From NCBI GenBank assembly GCA_024626585.2, contig JANKJI020000004.1, forward strand, positions 90,498,297-90,522,986: a stretch of 24,690 nucleotides of DNA, given 5' to 3'. Each line of letters starts with the position of its first letter. Within the stretch, counting starts at the first letter, position 1. A model generated the notes under the pieces. The model had not been told where the DNA came from, made no database searches, and saw only the letters and a list, made by a program, of their open reading frames with translations. This document shows, one piece after another, positions 21,550-24,690 of the stretch. This DNA comes from Ginkgo biloba (Eukaryota; Plantae; Ginkgophyta). A program made the position numbers and the translations under genes.

Positions 21550-22735
21550 AATCCCTTCAAACCAAAAAGGGGGATCACCCTTCAAATTTTATCATTGCTC
21601 TTGAACCCTCTACAATCTCTACTAAGAATGTCGTAGGTCGATTACCAATAAAACCTACCACATGTTTCATATAGTGTTCATGACCAATCCTAACTTGAAA
21701 CATTAGGATATACTTGTATTTTTTCTAATCCCTTGATCGTCTGATGGAGTGCATGTGATCATACCCCAACTTATGAAAGTTGGTATGCTTTTAATCACTT
21801 TTTAACTCATATTTATCTATATTTTAACTCATTGGAACTGTGAGAGACCATTTAACTACTTTAAAATGTGTTACCACTAATTAACTTCTTGTTTCGTTAC
21901 TTTTTAAGGAATTGACCTTTTAAAAACTTATTCTTACGATGATTATTTTCACGGTATTATAAGTTTTGACTTATGTAGGGATGGCATGGCTTTATTCAAC
22001 TTTAAAGAATTTTGTCAATAGCATGAACTTCAACATGACATGGTCCAATAACTTCTTCAAGCCATGCAAGCCCAAAATCAAGCTCTTACTTCTCATATGT
22101 AATAACAACTCTTGTAACTACCCAAGCAATTTATTCCTTCAACCTAGGATGAGAGAATCCTGATGAACAAGCCTTCAGACTGGATGACACCAAATCATTC
22201 CTACGAAAATCCTATCATGATCACAAGAAACTATTAACTATAGGACAAAAATAAGGAAGATCTTCTTATTATTAATACTATAAATCAAGCACCTGATGAG
22301 CCAATGCATTCATTTGAGCACACCATCAACTATAAAGATACCTTGCACATAGCAACAAACAATTCTATAGAGACACAAGATTACAAATAGGGGGATCTTT
22401 GTAAGGACCCATTAGATACCAACTACACTATTAGGGATGATTATACTACTATCTCATAAAACTTTGAGTATTCTATTCCTCCACGACATATCTATTTATT
22501 TCATCATTAGAATTCATCAACTTCGAAGACTAAACTTCATCACCAAACTAAGGGACATAATTTTATGAAGGATCTCTTGATTGGAGATCATTTATAGCCA
22601 TACTTTAACCAACGTATACACTTGTATCAAATGGAGGATATATATTAGGGGATATTCACTCCCTAATACTACTACTACTACTTGTGTTGGAAGATCTCCC
22701 CTCTCCAACATATTAACATTATCTCACTTTCCCTC

Positions 22736-23333
22736 TGTTGTTATAATCATTATTTGATGTAGAAGAGAAATATCCAAATCAACTCTTCTAATTGTAATGG
22801 GATCCATTACATCATAATAAAGGAGTAATTTATTTTTTATGCGTCCAACCTTATACGTCACCCTACTCTCCATATCAATACATTAATTAATTACTCAATG
22901 TTTTATAAAATTTATGCAACTATGGACACATGATACAATGAGTTAATAAATTAATTATTTGAGTAATTAAATATTAAATTTATAGATAATTATTTAATTA
23001 TATTGTTTATGATTATTATCAGGGTGCACACCCTCTGATAATCATCCATTTAGGATAGATTTTATTTTTCCAAATAAGTGATTAATTATTTTCAAACTGT
23101 TAGCTAATCATAGAAATTGGCCTAGATAGAACTTTCTAATTTAACACTAGTTTTACTAAACTTACCCTAATAATTCCCTATAAATATATGTAATAAACTC
23201 ATTATCATGGGATTAAGAGATGAGTTTTAGATGAGATTTTTTTTTTTATCAAGAGCTAAATATTTTATTTCTATTGTATATGTTTTTCATCTTGCTTGAA
23301 TCTCACTTGATTCTCATTGTTTTGATTTCAACA
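22736..23333 (+). mobile_element. LTR-like segment (possibly Copia solo or partial LTR)
   Basis: TGTTG...CAACA candidate termini, internal CTATAAATA at 23178-23186 and a T-rich 3' part. No target-site duplication or clear PBS. Confidence 0.3.
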
Positions 23334-24559
23334 TGATGTTTCATTAATTCTTCTACTAGAAAAATCATAAGCCATTATGGACATCCCTTCATGTCATATC
23401 CACATCATAGTAAAAATGGGTATGTGTGCATGTGTGTTATCATGGTTGGTAGTAATTCAAGAGTGTAACAATGTTGTAATTTTTTAATGTTTTGCTTATA
23501 ACTCACTATTAGTAGAACTAATGTTAAGGATAAAAAAAAATATTCAAGCATTGAGAGTATGATACCCCTTGTGATATAACCACATGTTTTAATACCTCTT
23601 AGGACTATTAAAATGAGGTTTTCAAGTTTTAATTAAAACCCACCACCTTAAGTGGTATGTATAAAAACTTGCTCTTGAAAAGTGTTTGAATAAAAACAAG
23701 ACCATGTAGCCACTCAAAACAAATGGCATAATTTTACTTACATAAGGATGTACATGGATTATTTCTATGTATGTACAACACATGAAACATAATGTTAACA
23801 CTTTAATAGGACATAAGGGAAGCCTAAGTCATGTAATTATTATTAAACTTGGAAACACATGCAAACCTTGGTTTGTTTCCCTACTTATTGATTAATAATA
23901 TATATGAAAATGTGTTTATTTTATATCCAATGGACTTATTAAATGCTTATAATTTCTATTATGGTTTAAAAATTTCCTTTTTGTTCCTTTATTCTTCACT
24001 TCCATCACAAACGCTAGTTTGACCAATGGTAATTTTGTTTAATGAGAATGCAAAGTGGCGGTTGATAACTAATGTGCTTGTTTAGAACCTCATTAGTCTC
24101 ACCCATTAATAAGGCCATCTAGTCAATTATATGCCCTCAAGAGAACTAATCCATACTATGTTATAAGACCTCTTATGTGTGATAAAGGTCCAACATTCAA
24201 ATTCTACACCCTTTTCTTTACTCCTATTAAATTTATTAAATCTTAACCCCTTACCCTTCTATAGACTCCTCAAAGGCATGAGATGAAAACACACAACCAT
24301 TTTTTGCAATATCTAATTATTATTGACTTTTATGTGTAGGAAGAAAAAATGGAAAATAAAAGGAAAAATTCTTCACAAGAGAAAAGATCCTTCTGAAGGA
24401 TGGGCATAAAGGAATGAAATGGGTGAAAATAAATAAAGGAACATTATTAATACACCATGAGGCTTCCATGGTGGGGAATGTTCCAATTGGGTCATAGAGA
24501 GGGATAAGGATGACCCTCTATAATGAACAAAAAATGATAAACCAATACAAGAGAATCAA

Positions 24560-24690
24560 TGCTAACAATATCTTAAAATAGTGCAGAAAGGAAATAATAA
24601 GAAAACATTTACAAGAATACACAAGAGATTTACCATGGGAAACCCTTTTGGGAGAAAACCCAGCAAAAATAACACTTTATTATATATCAG
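24560..24690 (-). mobile_element. 3' (U5) portion of a Copia-like LTR, continuing beyond the window
   Basis: acacaagagatttaccatgggaaacccttttgggagaaaacccagc resembles the reverse complement of a motif I recall as common near plant Copia LTR 3' ends (ACACAAGA..TTTACGTGGAAAACCC....GGGA.AAAACCACGG). Confidence 0.45.

Noticed and set aside
23015-23042. Imperfect hairpin attatcagggtg...caccctctgataat
   Set aside because: Single short copy inside an LTR-like region; too short for a miRNA precursor and no Helitron CTRR end follows.

Overview
AT-rich, gap-riddled draft sequence from a plant nuclear genome, most likely a gymnosperm; the ginkbilobin-2-like signal peptide points to Ginkgo or a close relative, which is an inference. 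No intact protein-coding gene, RNA gene or CRISPR array is supported, and most ORF-track entries are artefacts of N-gaps or antisense frames. The window is mainly old, nested, decayed transposons. These are a CRM-type chromovirus (RNase H, integrase, chromodomain and 3' LTR, 16911-19714) abutting the probable gag start of an oppositely oriented Athila-like element (tRNA-Asp PBS and LTR), a pair of related minus-strand TGATG-type LTRs (9003-12480), and Harbinger, hAT and retropepsin relics. A short pseudogenised ginkbilobin-2 (DUF26)-like gene at 1333-1518 (-) was missed by the ORF track. The least explained signals are two decayed minus-strand ORFs sharing an unrecognised motif (EEDxMIxxxxRNGI) conserved through synonymous changes, and about 11 copies of a fixed-geometry 25-bp palindrome. 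All translations and alignments were done by eye against family motifs recalled from memory. I cannot support a claim of a functional new system.
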